Below, one piece after another: positions 39,823-51,683 of a DNA stretch of 64,000 nucleotides. Within the stretch, counting starts at the first letter, position 1. Each line of letters starts with the position of its first letter. This stretch comes from Candidatus Komeilibacteria bacterium (GTDB lineage Bacteria; Patescibacteriota; Patescibacteriia; UBA1558), in the NCBI GenBank assembly GCA_048538235.1, contig JBLYPX010000001.1, forward strand, positions 787,011-851,010, read 5' to 3'. A program made the translations under genes and the position numbers. The notes under the pieces were generated by a model. The model did no database searches and was not told the origin of the DNA. It saw nothing but the letters and a program-made list of their open reading frames with translations.

Positions 39823-42800
39823 TTATTCTTTAAGTCCAGTACCGGCTGGTATTAATCTACCAATAATTACATTCTCCTTCAATCCTTTTAATTTGTCAAC
39901 TTTACCAGTAATAGCAGCATCTATTAATACTCTGGCAGTTTCTTGGAAAGAAGCAGCAGATAGCCAACTATCTGTAGATAGAGAGGCCTTAGTAATACCT
40001 AGTAGTAATGCATCACCAATAGCTTCTTTACCTTTTTCATCTGCAACCCTTTGGTTTTCTTCAATGAATTCTGAATAGGTTGTAACATCGCCAGGTAGCA
40101 TATTTGTATCACCAGAATCTATAACCATTATTCTTGAGAACATCTGACGGATAATAATTTCAATATGCTTCATATTAATCTTTTGACCTTGAGATGAATA
40201 AATCCACATAATCTCTTTAATAATATACTTTTCAGTAGATCTTCTGTCTTTCTTAGAGTATAGTTCTTTAAGATCAATACTTCCTTCTGTTAATGAATCG
40301 CCAGCTTTTAATTTATCTCCATTCTTAACACATAGACTGTATCCAGGTGGAATAATAATTTCCTTTGAAGCTTCAACAGGTGAGAATACTTGGATCTCTG
40401 TTTTACTAACTCTGATTTGACCATCATTTTTGGCAGTAATAGTTTTACTACCACTAATGTGTGCCATAATTACATCACCTGTTTTAACTTTATCATCAGC
40501 CTTAACTTTAACTTCATAATCTTCGTTTAAAGGATGGGTTTCAAGAGTTGGTCCAAAATACTTATACACTAGCTTTCTTTCTTTTCTGATACTCATGTCT
40601 GCATCTTTGTCTATAATTATTTCACCATCTTCATCTGCTAGAATAGCTTTCTTTCTAGGCTGTCTAGCTTCAAAGATTTCTTCAACTCTAGGTAAACCTT
40701 GAGTAATATCTCCAGCTGCTGCAACACCACCAGTATGGAAAGTTCTCATAGTAAGCTGTGTACCAGGCTCACCAATACTTTGAGCTGCTATAATACCAAC
40801 CGCTACACCATTCTTAACTGGTTCATTGTAAGCAAGATCCCAGCCATAACATTTTTGACACAAACCGCGAGTAGTTTTACAAGTCATATTAGATCTAATT
40901 GTAACCTCAGGAACTTCTGCTTTCATAATAGCTGCAACTGCTTCTCTGTCTATAATTCCATTCTTCTTTACAATAATATCTCCAGTCTTTGGATCTTTTA
41001 TTGTTGTCATAGCAAGTCTACCTAAGATTAATGCGTCTAGCTTTTCACCAATATCTTCAGCGTCTTGTAATGTTAATGTAAGACCTTCTGTATCTCCACA
41101 GTCTGGTTCAGAAATGATTAAGTCTTGAGAAACATCTACCAAACGTCTAGTTAGGTAACCAGCAGAAGCTGTACGAAGAGCAGTATCTGATAAACCTTTT
41201 CTAGCACCATGAGTTGAAATAAAGTACTCAAGCACATCAAGACCTTCTCTAAAGTTGGCCTTAATAGGAAGTTCAATAATTTCACCAGAAGGTGATACTA
41301 CAGAACCTTTCATACCCATAATCTGAATCAACTGTGCCCATGATCCACGAGCTCCAGAATTAATAACAGAATATAGTGATGAACCTGCGTCAAAAGATGC
41401 TTTACTTACATCTGTAATATCGTTCTTAATTTCATTCCAAGTTTCAATAACTTTAACATATCTTTCATGGTTGGTAAGAAGTCCATCATTAAACTGTTTT
41501 TGAATTTCTTGAACTCTTTCTTCACCACCTTTAATAATACCTGCCTTTTCTTTAATAATTGGCACATCGGCAATACTCCAAGATAGTCCTGACTTTGTAA
41601 TATATTCGTAAGCCAAATCTTTTAACTTATCTAATAATATTACAGCTTGTTCTGGTCCTGCTAAATGAATTGTTTGGCCAATAATATTTCTTAAATCTCC
41701 AGAGGTTAATGTTTTGTTAACAAAACCAATTTCTTTTGGAAGAATAGAATTAAAGATAAGTCTACCGACTGTAGTTTCTGTTAATTTATCTTCAATTTTT
41801 ATCTTAATAATTTCGTGTAAAGAAATATGATCAAGGTCGTAGGCAATTTTAGCTTCATTATAATCTGTAAAAGCTTTTGGATGCTCTTTCTTAGTTCCAC
41901 TATCATATGTTAAGTAATAGCTTCCCCAAACAATATCTTGATCAGCTGACATAACTGGTTGTCCAGTAGCAGGCTTTAATACATTCTTAGTAGAAAGCAT
42001 TATCTCAGCTGCTTCTTTTTTAGCTTCGTCTGTTAAAGGAACGTGAACAGCCATTTGGTCACCATCAAAGTCAGCATTAAAAGCTTTACATACCATAGGG
42101 TGAATCTGAATAGCTTTACCTTCAATAAGCTTTGGTTTAAAAGCTTGAATACCTAAACGGTGAAGCGTAGGAGCACGGTTAAGAAGTACATATGCTTCTT
42201 TTGTGACGTCTGCTAGAATATCCCAAACCTCAGGATGATCCTGTTCAATATATCTGTTTGCAGAACGAACATTGTGCACTATTTCATCTTTAATAAGTCT
42301 AGATATTACAAATGGTCTAAATAGTTCAAGAGCCATTATCTTTGGAATGCCACACTCTTCAATCTTTAATTTTGGTCCAGCAACAATTACTGAACGACCA
42401 GAGTAATCAATTCTTTTACCAAGTAAGTTCTGTCTGAAACGACCCTGCTTACCCTTTAACATATCTGCAATACTTTTTAGAGTTCTCTTTTGACCAGTTG
42501 AAGCTGTTACAGTTTTACTTCTTCTAGCATTATTATCTATTAAAGCATCAACAGCTTCCTGAAGCATTCTCTTTTCATTTCTTTGAATAATCTCAGGAGC
42601 GTTTAATTCTTTCAAACGTTTCAATCTATTGTTTCTATTAATAACTCTTCTGTATAGATCATTTAGATCTGAAGTTGCAAAACGTCCACCATCAAGAGCT
42701 ACCATTGGTCTTAAATCTGGTGGAATAACTGGAATAGCAGTCATGATCATCCACTCAGGTCTAATTTCATTAACTATTAAATTCTTAACCAACTTTAATC

Positions 42801-43722
42801 TCTTAGTAATCTTTTTTAATTTAGAAGGAATAGCAACAGCTTTTTCTTCTTTTAATTCTTCAGCTAGTTTTTCTAGATCAACTCTGGCTAAAAGATATTT
42901 AATAGCCTCAGCACCAATATTTGCACTAAATACATGACCATATTTCATAGATAGGTCTTGGTATTTACTTTCAGAGATAATTTGGTTTATTTTTAAATCT
43001 CTTAATTCTTTCTTAGCTCTATCTGCTGCTTCTTGTAAGTGATTTAATTTATCTTCACGAGCTGTTTCAATAACCTGTATTTGTTCAATAGATTCTTTTT
43101 CAATCTTTTCTTTAGTTTTATCATCTGCTGCTTTGCTTAACTTATCTGCCTTTACTTTATTTACTTGATTTATCTTTTGATCAAATTCATTCTTAATACT
43201 TTTTGTCTTAGATTTGAGTTCAGTCTTTAACTGTTCCATTGTTTGTTCTCTTAAATCTTCATCAACATCTGTAATAACAAAAGATGCAAAGTAAATAACC
43301 TTTTCAAGTTCTTGTGATGACATGTCTAGAACAAGTCCAATACGTGATGGAATACCACGTAGAAACCAAATGTGAGAAACTGGAGTAGAAAGGTCAATGT
43401 GGCCCATGCGTTCACGTCTAACAATAGCTCTAGTTACTTCAACGCCACATTTGTCACAAACAATACCTTTGTAACGAATACGTTTGTATTTACCACAATA
43501 GCATTCCCAGTCTTTTGATGGTCCAAATATCTTTTCACAGAAAAGACCATCCTTTTCTGGTTTTTGAGTACGGTAATTAATAGTCTCTGGTTTTAGAATC
43601 TCACCGTGAGACCATTTATGAATTACTTCTGGGCTAGCCAATCTTAACTTAATAGCATCAAACTCTAAATTAGCAGTAGTTTGAGGTATAAAAGTTGTCT
43701 TGGTTGATGATGGAGTAGGCAT
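39823..43722 (-). CDS. rpoC: RNA polymerase beta' subunit
   Basis: NADFDGDQM, zinc-binding Cys, QLTMRTFH. Confidence 0.99.
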   Translation of the reverse strand: MPTPSSTKTTFIPQTTANLEFDAIKLRLASPEVIHKWSHGEILKPETINYRTQKPEKDGLFCEKIFGPSKDWECYCGKYKRIRYKGIVCDKCGVEVTRAIVRRERMGHIDLSTPVSHIWFLRGIPSRIGLVLDMSSQELEKVIYFASFVITDVDEDLREQTMEQLKTELKSKTKSIKNEFDQKINQVNKVKADKLSKAADDKTKEKIEKESIEQIQVIETAREDKLNHLQEAADRAKKELRDLKINQIISESKYQDLSMKYGHVFSANIGAEAIKYLLARVDLEKLAEELKEEKAVAIPSKLKKITKRLKLVKNLIVNEIRPEWMIMTAIPVIPPDLRPMVALDGGRFATSDLNDLYRRVINRNNRLKRLKELNAPEIIQRNEKRMLQEAVDALIDNNARRSKTVTASTGQKRTLKSIADMLKGKQGRFRQNLLGKRIDYSGRSVIVAGPKLKIEECGIPKIMALELFRPFVISRLIKDEIVHNVRSANRYIEQDHPEVWDILADVTKEAYVLLNRAPTLHRLGIQAFKPKLIEGKAIQIHPMVCKAFNADFDGDQMAVHVPLTDEAKKEAAEIMLSTKNVLKPATGQPVMSADQDIVWGSYYLTYDSGTKKEHPKAFTDYNEAKIAYDLDHISLHEIIKIKIEDKLTETTVGRLIFNSILPKEIGFVNKTLTSGDLRNIIGQTIHLAGPEQAVILLDKLKDLAYEYITKSGLSWSIADVPIIKEKAGIIKGGEERVQEIQKQFNDGLLTNHERYVKVIETWNEIKNDITDVSKASFDAGSSLYSVINSGARGSWAQLIQIMGMKGSVVSPSGEIIELPIKANFREGLDVLEYFISTHGARKGLSDTALRTASAGYLTRRLVDVSQDLIISEPDCGDTEGLTLTLQDAEDIGEKLDALILGRLAMTTIKDPKTGDIIVKKNGIIDREAVAAIMKAEVPEVTIRSNMTCKTTRGLCQKCYGWDLAYNEPVKNGVAVGIIAAQSIGEPGTQLTMRTFHTGGVAAAGDITQGLPRVEEIFEARQPRKKAILADEDGEIIIDKDADMSIRKERKLVYKYFGPTLETHPLNEDYEVKVKADDKVKTGDVIMAHISGSKTITAKNDGQIRVSKTEIQVFSPVEASKEIIIPPGYSLCVKNGDKLKAGDSLTEGSIDLKELYSKKDRRSTEKYIIKEIMWIYSSQGQKINMKHIEIIIRQMFSRIMVIDSGDTNMLPGDVTTYSEFIEENQRVADEKGKEAIGDALLLGITKASLSTDSWLSAASFQETARVLIDAAITGKVDKLKGLKENVIIGRLIPAGTGLKE

Positions 43723-43746
43723 ATTATATATATTTAAATAGTTATA

Positions 43747-46700
43747 TTAATTATTCTCTTCTTGAAACTCTTCTTCATCTTGTTCCTGCTCCTCTTCATC
43801 TTTACTGCCAGATTTTTTATTCTTAACAAGATCAACTTCAAGTCCTAATCCTTTAAGTTCTCTAATAAGAACATTAAATGATTCAGGTATATTAACTTTA
43901 TCTATTGGTTCGCCTTTGATGATTGATTCATAAGCCTTGCTTCTACCAGGAACGTCATCTGACTTAATGGTCAATATTTCTTGTAAAGCATGAGCTGCAC
44001 CATATGCTTCTAAAGCCCAGACTTCCATTTCTCCAAATCTCTGACCACCAAATTGAGCTTTACCACCAAGTGGCTGTTGTGTAACAAGTGAGTAAGGTCC
44101 AATTGAACGTTGGTGAATCTTATCTTCAACTAAGTGATTTAGTTTTAACATGTAGGTAACACCAACAGTTGTCTTTTTATCGAAAGGCTTACCATTACGA
44201 CCATCAAATAATTGAAGCTTACCATCTTCAGGGTAGCCAGCTTTCTTTAACTCTTCAGCAATTTGTTCAGCCTTTACACCATTAAGAGCTGGTGTTGCAA
44301 CTCTATAGCCTAAAGCTTTAGCTGCTAGTCCTAAATGAGTTTCCATAAGCTGTCCTAAGTTCATACGAGAAATAACACCAAGTGGATTTAGAACAATATC
44401 TACAGGAGTACCATCTTCTAAGAATGGCATATCTTCTACAGGAATTATTCTTGAGATAACACCTTTGTTACCATGACGACCAGCCATCTTATCTCCAACT
44501 TGAATCTTACGTAATTGAGCAATTGTTACTTGAACAGATTTAATAACACCGGCTGGTAATTTATCTCCATTCTTTCTTGAGAAGATCTTAATGTCTATTA
44601 CCTTACCATGTTCACCATGTTCAAGATAAAGTGAAGTATCTCTAACATCTTTAGCTTTTTCACCAAAGATTGCTCTTAATAGTTTTTCTTCGGCAGATAA
44701 TTCTGTTTCACCTTTAGGTGTAATTTTACCAACTAATATATCTCCAGATGAAACTTGAGCACCAACTCTAATTATTCCTTCTTCATCTAAGTCTTTTAGT
44801 TTTTCTTCACCCACATTAGGGATATCTTTAGTTATTAACTCTGGTCCAAGTTTTGTATCTCTAATATCTATTGAATAGTTTTCAATATGTACCGATGTAT
44901 ATCTGTCTTGTTCTACAACTCTTTCAGAAATTAGAATAGCATCTTCATAGTTACCACCATCCCAAGTCATGTATGCAACTAGTATGTTTTGTCCTAAAGC
45001 AAGTTCGCCGTGTTCTGTAGAAGCACCGTCAGCAATAGCTTCACCAGTTACAACCTTGTCGCCAACATTTACTATTGGTTTCTGGTTGATTGATGTACCA
45101 GCATTAGAACGCATAAATTTATTTAAAGGATAATCATGGGTATGACCATCACTTGTTTTAAGTTGAATTAGGTTAGATTGAACTTTAACAACTTCACCGT
45201 CTTCTCTGGCAGCCACAGCCTGACCTGAGTCAATTGCAGCTCTTGCTTCCATACCAGTACCAATGATAGGGGTCTGTGGCTTAATAACAGAGACGCCCTG
45301 CCTTTGCATGTTTGTTCCCATCAAAGCACGAACAGCATCATCATTCTCAATAAATGGAATAAGAGCTGTAGATACACTAATGATTTGGTATGGTGATACA
45401 TCTACATAATCTATTGTTTCTACTTTCTCAAACGAAGGTCTTCCATTCTTTCTAACTTCAGCAAATTCATTAATAAAATGACCATCATCATCTGTTGGGG
45501 TAGTAGCTGCTGTTGTAGTTGAACGTTCTTCCATGAAAGCATCAACATATTCAATCTCATTCGTAATAACTGGTATTACAGGAATAGTTTTAATATTTTC
45601 ATTAGTTGCTAGATTCTTGGCTAGCTTCTCATCTACTTTAGTGCCTTTTTTAGCAACTGTTTTGCCAGATTCAGAATCTATTAAATCTTGTCTTAAGGTA
45701 TAACCAATTGCATCAACACCATTGTTCTTAGGATTATGAACAACTTTCTTATATGGAGTTTCAATAAATCCATACTTATTAACTCTGGCATAAGAAGATA
45801 ATTGTCCAACCAGTCCAATGTTTGGACCTTCAGGTGTTGCAATTGGACAAATACGTCCATAGTGAGTTCTGTGTACGTCACGAACTTCAAATCCAGCTCT
45901 TTCTCTAGATAAACCACCAGGACCCATAGCAGATAAACGTCTCTTATGTTCTAGTTCAGATAAAGGATTAATTTGATCCATGAACTGAGATAATTGAGAG
46001 CTCATAAAGAACTCTTTAATAGTACCAATAACAGGTCTAGCATTAATAAGCTGGTTTGGAGTTAAAGTGTGAATGTCTAATGTGCTCATTCTATCTCTAA
46101 TAATTCTTTCCATACGAGCAAGACCAATTCTGAATTTGTTTTGAATAAGTTCACCAATAGCACGAATTCGTCTATTACCTAAGTGATCAATATCGTCAGC
46201 ATCTTCTTGTGTAACATTAAGTCTAATAATTTCTTTAATAATTCTTACCAAGTCATCTACCAGTAGTACTCTATTAGTTTTATCTATTGGATAATTAGTA
46301 TCAAAACGTTTATTTAATTTATATCTACCAACTGGACCAAAATCATAACGATCAAAGTTAAAGAACATTGCGTGAATTAAACTTCTAGCATTGTCTGCTG
46401 TTGCTAAATCTCCTGGTCTAATACGTTTGTATACTTCAATCAAACCATCTTCTTCATTTTTTGATGTATCCTTCTGTAATGTAGTTTCTAAATATTTTTT
46501 TACAGCTGTTTCATCTAAATCTGAGAACAAACTCAAGATATCTTGATTAGTTCCATAACCAAAAGCTCTAAGTAAAGCAGTAACTGCAACCTTACGTTTA
46601 CGATCTATCTTAACAAAAATACCGTTATTTGATTCTGTTTCAATTTCTAGCCAAGCACCACGATTAGGAATAATCTTTGCACCATATAATTTTTTACCTC

Positions 46701-47142
46701 TGTATGGATTTGAAGTAAAAAAAGCACCAGCTGATCTAATTAGCTGGGACACAACCACTCTTTCAACACCATTAACAATAAAGGTGCCTTTATTTGTCAT
46801 TAAAGGGAAATCGCCTAAATATATTTCCTGTTCTTTAATTTCACCAGTCTTTTTATTAACTAGTTTAACCTTTACACGCAAAGGTGCTTCATAGGTAATG
46901 TTTCTATCTCTAGCTGTAGCTTCATCAAACTTAGCCTCATCTAGATAGTAATCCATTAAGTACAATTCAAGATTTCGTCCAATATAGTCTGTAATTGGAT
47001 TAATCTCTTCAAAGAGTTCTTTTATACCTTCATCAAAAAACCATTTGTAAGAATCTTTTTGTAACTGAGTAAGATCTGGCAACGGCATAGCGTTGCGATT
47101 AGGTGAGAAATACTTTCTTTCACCGAGTGGGTGTATAGGCAT
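43747..47142 (-). CDS. rpoB: RNA polymerase beta subunit
   Basis: [35 protein letters not shown]. Confidence 0.99.
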   Translation of the reverse strand: MPIHPLGERKYFSPNRNAMPLPDLTQLQKDSYKWFFDEGIKELFEEINPITDYIGRNLELYLMDYYLDEAKFDEATARDRNITYEAPLRVKVKLVNKKTGEIKEQEIYLGDFPLMTNKGTFIVNGVERVVVSQLIRSAGAFFTSNPYRGKKLYGAKIIPNRGAWLEIETESNNGIFVKIDRKRKVAVTALLRAFGYGTNQDILSLFSDLDETAVKKYLETTLQKDTSKNEEDGLIEVYKRIRPGDLATADNARSLIHAMFFNFDRYDFGPVGRYKLNKRFDTNYPIDKTNRVLLVDDLVRIIKEIIRLNVTQEDADDIDHLGNRRIRAIGELIQNKFRIGLARMERIIRDRMSTLDIHTLTPNQLINARPVIGTIKEFFMSSQLSQFMDQINPLSELEHKRRLSAMGPGGLSRERAGFEVRDVHRTHYGRICPIATPEGPNIGLVGQLSSYARVNKYGFIETPYKKVVHNPKNNGVDAIGYTLRQDLIDSESGKTVAKKGTKVDEKLAKNLATNENIKTIPVIPVITNEIEYVDAFMEERSTTTAATTPTDDDGHFINEFAEVRKNGRPSFEKVETIDYVDVSPYQIISVSTALIPFIENDDAVRALMGTNMQRQGVSVIKPQTPIIGTGMEARAAIDSGQAVAAREDGEVVKVQSNLIQLKTSDGHTHDYPLNKFMRSNAGTSINQKPIVNVGDKVVTGEAIADGASTEHGELALGQNILVAYMTWDGGNYEDAILISERVVEQDRYTSVHIENYSIDIRDTKLGPELITKDIPNVGEEKLKDLDEEGIIRVGAQVSSGDILVGKITPKGETELSAEEKLLRAIFGEKAKDVRDTSLYLEHGEHGKVIDIKIFSRKNGDKLPAGVIKSVQVTIAQLRKIQVGDKMAGRHGNKGVISRIIPVEDMPFLEDGTPVDIVLNPLGVISRMNLGQLMETHLGLAAKALGYRVATPALNGVKAEQIAEELKKAGYPEDGKLQLFDGRNGKPFDKKTTVGVTYMLKLNHLVEDKIHQRSIGPYSLVTQQPLGGKAQFGGQRFGEMEVWALEAYGAAHALQEILTIKSDDVPGRSKAYESIIKGEPIDKVNIPESFNVLIRELKGLGLEVDLVKNKKSGSKDEEEQEQDEEEFQEENN

Positions 47143-47214
47143 AGTAGGGTATTATAAAAATTAAATATATAAATTAAATTACAATAAACTAAAGTACGAA
47201 AGTATTTTGGGCAC

Positions 47215-47331
47215 AAAAAAAGCTCCTCCACACCATTGTGGACGAGTTTAACAGCTATATTTAGCTAAAATTTGCGTTCCAACCCCCAAAAAACATGTGT
47301 ATATATTAGCTGATTTTCACTGTTTAGTCAA
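47215..47331 (-). promoter_or_regulatory. rpoB promoter and leader with uORF (47261-47296) and terminator-like hairpin
   Basis: TTGACT-N17-TAATAT-N6-ATG; CTCGTCCACA/TGTGGAGGAG hairpin followed by T6. Confidence 0.65.
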
Positions 47332-47590
47332 GGGTTTAGGCTAAAACATATATATTTTGGCTTATTTAAGCCAAAAAAATAAAAAGTAAAGAAAATATTT
47401 TTGTCAAATCTTTAAAAATAGCTGCTAATATTAGCTATTTTTCATCATGTTATCCACAGTCTATGTTAATAATTGTATTATATAGGTTGTTAATATTGAC
47501 AAAGTGGTTAAAATATGATAATCTTTGTTATTAAACACTCTGTTTAATTTAATTAGATCATTGAAAAGAAAACGTAAATAGGAGGAAGAG

Positions 47591-48406
47591 ATGAAGAAGG
47601 TTTTGTTTAACCACAAGGGCATTAAGGTCTTTAGGTTTACAACTCTTATCAATTGGGCTGTCGGACTAACCCTTTTGGTATTTTTTTTCAAGTTCGTGAT
47701 GGCAACTTTGGGACCAGAGCCGAGACGAATTGCCAACGAGGTTCTTTCAGGTGACACCACAGAGTACTGCGTTGATCATGGTATCTACAAGGACTCGCTT
47801 GTAGCGGCTATTTTCAAAAATGCTGATCTTCAACCAGATGAATCGCCCAGAAGTGGTAGGAAACAAATGTCTCGAGCTTATCTTCAGAAGATAGAGCCCT
47901 TAATTGAGGAAACTTTCGACTGGAGAAAACAAGTAGATGACAACAGAGCTGTTATCTGGTCGGAGTATTGAGAAGCTTATATCGAAATCCCTCATGACAA
48001 ATCTCACGTTCCACAGAAAGTGAGAAGTACTGAGTTCTTGAGTTGGAATTATGAGTTGCGTGATAACGGGCACATATACATGTTGCCAGAGCGTGAGACA
48101 CCCATCAAAAGCCATCCCTTTATAACCGTACTTTTACTCATCCTGGCAGCATTTGTATTGTGGCTTGTTGTTTATTTGGCTGTCCTACTTTTATACTTTG
48201 GGATTCGAGTACTTTTGTATTGGCCACTTAAGTGGAAATATGAATGTGTGGAAAGGTTGAGCTGGACTTATAGTCTGGGTACAACCAGAATTCTAGAGTA
48301 TGCAGAAGGCAACTCTCCGAAAAAAGGCAGCGTGTTGCTTATCGGGCTCGACGATAAAAGCTATACGCACTTTTGGAATCCAAAACCGAAGGAAGAAACA
48401 GAATAA
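47591..48406 (+). pseudogene. Accessory membrane protein gene interrupted by one in-frame TGA at 47969-47971 (or a readthrough gene)
   Basis: ORFs 47591-47971 and 48020-48406 share a frame with 16 sense codons between them; one promoter/SD and one terminator. Confidence 0.6.
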
Positions 48407-48511
48407 TCAAACAAGAGCGCTGAGATCAACTCGGCGCTCTTTCCTTTGACAACATCTTTTTTACATGCTAAAAATAGATATTACTTTGAACATAAAAAGG
48501 AAGGAAATAAA

Positions 48512-48946
48512 GTGCTAAGAGTCGCTACTAGAGTTAGGGGAGTAAAATACAAATTTATTGATTTGTATTGGCGTTGGCTTTTTGTATGTTTCGTTTTTAT
48601 GGCTAGTATCTTTTCTTTGATTAGACTAGCCACAAACTCAATGTCTTTATCTTTGCCCGGAGGTCAGTTGTTGCTTCTGCTTTTCGTGGCCAGTATTTTA
48701 ATACCGGTTACTAAAAAGAATTACAACGGACTTAAGGAGCGATGGGATCGATGGAACATTGATCGTTTGGATGAAAAGTGGTCAGCTGAAGGTTGGCGCA
48801 AGTATACGAAAAAACAGCGGCAGTCAGTAGAAGATCGTACGGGATTTGAAATGTTTCGAGACGACATGGTCAGGTGGGCCGATTCTTACGATGGACTACG
48901 GATAGTCAGAACGTGTAAGTATTACTACGTCTTTCTCCTTCGTTAA
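48512..48946 (+). CDS. Hypothetical 2-TM protein (accessory; GTG start)
   Basis: The ORF-track TTG is the -35 box (TTGACA-N17-TAAAAT); SD-like AAGGAAGG before GTG at 48512. Confidence 0.65.
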   Translation: MLRVATRVRGVKYKFIDLYWRWLFVCFVFMASIFSLIRLATNSMSLSLPGGQLLLLLFVASILIPVTKKNYNGLKERWDRWNIDRLDEKWSAEGWRKYTKKQRQSVEDRTGFEMFRDDMVRWADSYDGLRIVRTCKYYYVFLLR

Positions 48947-48997
48947 TCTTTCAACAAAAAAGCAGGAAAGTTAATTTCCTGCTTTTTCATTTATATA

Positions 48998-50293
48998 TTA
49001 TATTCTTTTTAATTCTTCTCGGATTACTTCTCTATCGTCCCAAGCCAACTTCTTACCACCAGCTACACAAATAGCCTGTTCAGCACCCTTACCAGTAACT
49101 AGAACAAGATCATCTTCTTTAGCAATAGATAGAGCTTTATTAATAGCAGCTCTTCTGTCTAATATTTTATAAATACTTTTACCAGTAACTTGTGCTACCT
49201 TACTAGCACCAGCTGCAACATCATCAATTATTTTTTGTGGATCATCATCATATGGATCTTCGTTGGTAATAATAATAACGTCGGCTTTAGTAGCAGCCAT
49301 CTGGCCTAAGATTGGACGTCTGGCAATATCTCTACCACCACCACAAGAACCTAAAACGTGTATTAACTTTTTATACTTTAAACTGTCTAGTCCTTGGTAA
49401 AGTTTTTTCAAAGCTTCTGGTTCAGGAGCATAGTCTACTAATATTTTGAATGGTTGGTTCTCATTAATAAATTCAACTCTACCAGGGATACTCTTAATTT
49501 TCTTGAGTGCTGCACCACTAACTTTAAAATCTATACCTACAGATTTAGCAGCTGTTGCTGCAGCTAGAGCATTATATACTTGAAAGTCGCCAATTAGATT
49601 TAGATGAAAGTGTCTGTCTTCAATGTCAAAGGTGCTACCCTTGTCATTACTTACAATATTTTTAGCTGCAAATATTTTATCTACTGCTTTTGAGGTATTA
49701 TCTTTAGTTGTAAAACCAATTTTATCTGTAACACGGAAGTTTAAAAAATCTGCGTGATGTTTATCATCTATATTAGCGATTATCTTTTTATATTTTTTAT
49801 TAGCTCTTTCTAAATGTTTAAATAATTTTAATTTACTCTTTTTGTAATTATCAAAAGAACCATGAGCTTCAAGGTGTTCAGGGGTAAGATTGGTAAAAAC
49901 CAGAACATCATAGTCTATACCAGTATGTCTAAATTGCTTTATACCCTCTGAAGATGTTTCAATTAAAGCAAAGCGGCAATCATTTTCAGCCATTTGGTAA
50001 AGAAGCTTTTGTAGTTTAAAACGACCAAGCATAGTCATCTTTTCTTCATTTAACCACTCTCTAACACCTATTTTAAAATTAATAGTTGTAGCAAAACCTA
50101 CTTTAAAACCAGCTTCTTCAATACAGGCGGCTAACATATTAACAGTTGTAGATTTACCATTAGTTCCAGTTACACCTATAACAGTCATTTTAGTACTTGG
50201 GTAGGCATAGTAGTAGGCAGCAAGTTGAGCTAATAACCAATGATAAAAACTAAATACAAATGAAGGTATTATTTTTTTTATTAAGCTTTTCAT
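48998..50293 (-). CDS. murE: UDP-MurNAc-tripeptide ligase MurE
   Basis: GVTGTNGKSTT, ETSS, TNLTPEHL, GRVE, NEDP, VTGKG. Confidence 0.92.
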   Translation of the reverse strand: MKSLIKKIIPSFVFSFYHWLLAQLAAYYYAYPSTKMTVIGVTGTNGKSTTVNMLAACIEEAGFKVGFATTINFKIGVREWLNEEKMTMLGRFKLQKLLYQMAENDCRFALIETSSEGIKQFRHTGIDYDVLVFTNLTPEHLEAHGSFDNYKKSKLKLFKHLERANKKYKKIIANIDDKHHADFLNFRVTDKIGFTTKDNTSKAVDKIFAAKNIVSNDKGSTFDIEDRHFHLNLIGDFQVYNALAAATAAKSVGIDFKVSGAALKKIKSIPGRVEFINENQPFKILVDYAPEPEALKKLYQGLDSLKYKKLIHVLGSCGGGRDIARRPILGQMAATKADVIIITNEDPYDDDPQKIIDDVAAGASKVAQVTGKSIYKILDRRAAINKALSIAKEDDLVLVTGKGAEQAICVAGGKKLAWDDREVIREELKRI

Positions 50294-50664
50294 TTTCTTT
50301 TATTATCTGATTTTAAATTGTCACGAATTTCTGTAACAATTTTTTTAAGCTCCATAATTTCTTTTTCACTACGCACATCTGCCTGATAATCTGCTTCATC
50401 TCTAATATCGTCTCTCTCTGCTTGACGATTTTGAGCCATCAATAATACGGTCATCAAGATGATAGCTTCTAAAGAAACTATCATGGTTAGCATGTTTATA
50501 TCTATTCTAAGCCAAAGCCAAAGAGTAAACCAAATTATGTGTAGAGTTAAAAAACTCCAAGAGCCAGACCAACTTGCTATACTGTCAGCCGCTTTATCAA
50601 ATAAGGATAGTTTTTTATTATTAATATCCGAAAACTCTGCCTGTCGTTTTTTTAAAGGTTTCAT
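50290..50664 (-). CDS. DUF1003-like membrane protein
   Basis: ADSIA..SGSW.F, VSLEAI..LMAQNRQ. Confidence 0.8.
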   Translation of the reverse strand: MKPLKKRQAEFSDINNKKLSLFDKAADSIASWSGSWSFLTLHIIWFTLWLWLRIDINMLTMIVSLEAIILMTVLLMAQNRQAERDDIRDEADYQADVRSEKEIMELKKIVTEIRDNLKSDNKRK

Positions 50665-51683
50665 CTAAATTTTTTTAATAAATTATATATTGAATACCAA
50701 AAGTTTGAATAAACAAAATCATACGATCCTAAATATTCTTGTCCATAACCACCAAAGCTTTTTTTAAATCTAGTTATTCCTTGCCAGGCAAGCTCTTTAT
50801 CTGATCCTTCAGAAGCTACACCCCAGAAGTCATAATAGTCATAACCATTTTCTTTAGCCCATAATATTTGTTGCCATTGTAAATAGTGGGGAGCCATCAT
50901 TTCTTTGTATTTATTTGCAGAACCGCCATGCAGATATGTAACAGTATCACCATGATTAATAACAAGGTTAGCAACTAGTGACTCATTTTTATACTCAGCC
51001 AGCCAAATAGCAATTTTCTTTTCTTTATTCAAAGCTTCCCAAAGTTTTAGATAATAATTGTCTGGCCAAATTTTGAATCCAGCTCTAGCTGCTGTTACTC
51101 TTGCTAAGAATAGAAATTTATTTAAATCCCTTGCCTGGTTAGAGGTTCTTATCTTTACACCTTTTTTTTCTGCTAGCTTAATATTATACCTAGTCTTTTG
51201 TTTTTGCTGTTTAGCTAATTGTTTCTCATCTTTTGTTAAATCTAGTAGCCAAGTCTCAGCTGGTTGAACATTAGCTGTTTTAAGAAGAGGAAGGGTAATA
51301 ATTGCTCTTTCTTCACATGTTTCATTTGGTTCAATACGAATAAATATTTCATTTTCTTTTTTAGTGGCATAACAAATATCTCGAGCCTTGCTTAATAGCA
51401 GCTCTACTATTTCTTGTTGTGTTTTAACATTTAGACCTTTCATCATTAAAGGTCCACGTGGAACATACAGATAACTCTTGTCCATTTTTAATGGATGGCT
51501 AATAATTTGAGCAGTAGCAATTATCTGATTGCCAGATTTAAATGCTAAACGCCAAACTTTTCTACCCAGTGATTGTTGAAAGTCTCCCCAAACCCAACTC
51601 TGTAAAAAAGGAGAGTTTGCTTGAGAAGAAACAAACTCTTCGTAAATGTTTCTATTCTCTTTGTATAATTCTATTATTCTCAT
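50661..51683 (-). CDS. FemABX-family peptidoglycan bridge aminoacyltransferase
   Basis: FLQSWVWGDF, YVPRGP, RYNIKLAEKKGV, YDFWG, GITRFKKSFGG. Confidence 0.92.
   Translation of the reverse strand: MRIIELYKENRNIYEEFVSSQANSPFLQSWVWGDFQQSLGRKVWRLAFKSGNQIIATAQIISHPLKMDKSYLYVPRGPLMMKGLNVKTQQEIVELLLSKARDICYATKKENEIFIRIEPNETCEERAIITLPLLKTANVQPAETWLLDLTKDEKQLAKQQKQKTRYNIKLAEKKGVKIRTSNQARDLNKFLFLARVTAARAGFKIWPDNYYLKLWEALNKEKKIAIWLAEYKNESLVANLVINHGDTVTYLHGGSANKYKEMMAPHYLQWQQILWAKENGYDYYDFWGVASEGSDKELAWQGITRFKKSFGGYGQEYLGSYDFVYSNFWYSIYNLLKKFR

Noticed and set aside
51450-51465. Fourth parS-like site AGGTCCACGTGGAACA
   Set aside because: Two mismatches and explained by the conserved YVPRGP codons of the FemABX gene
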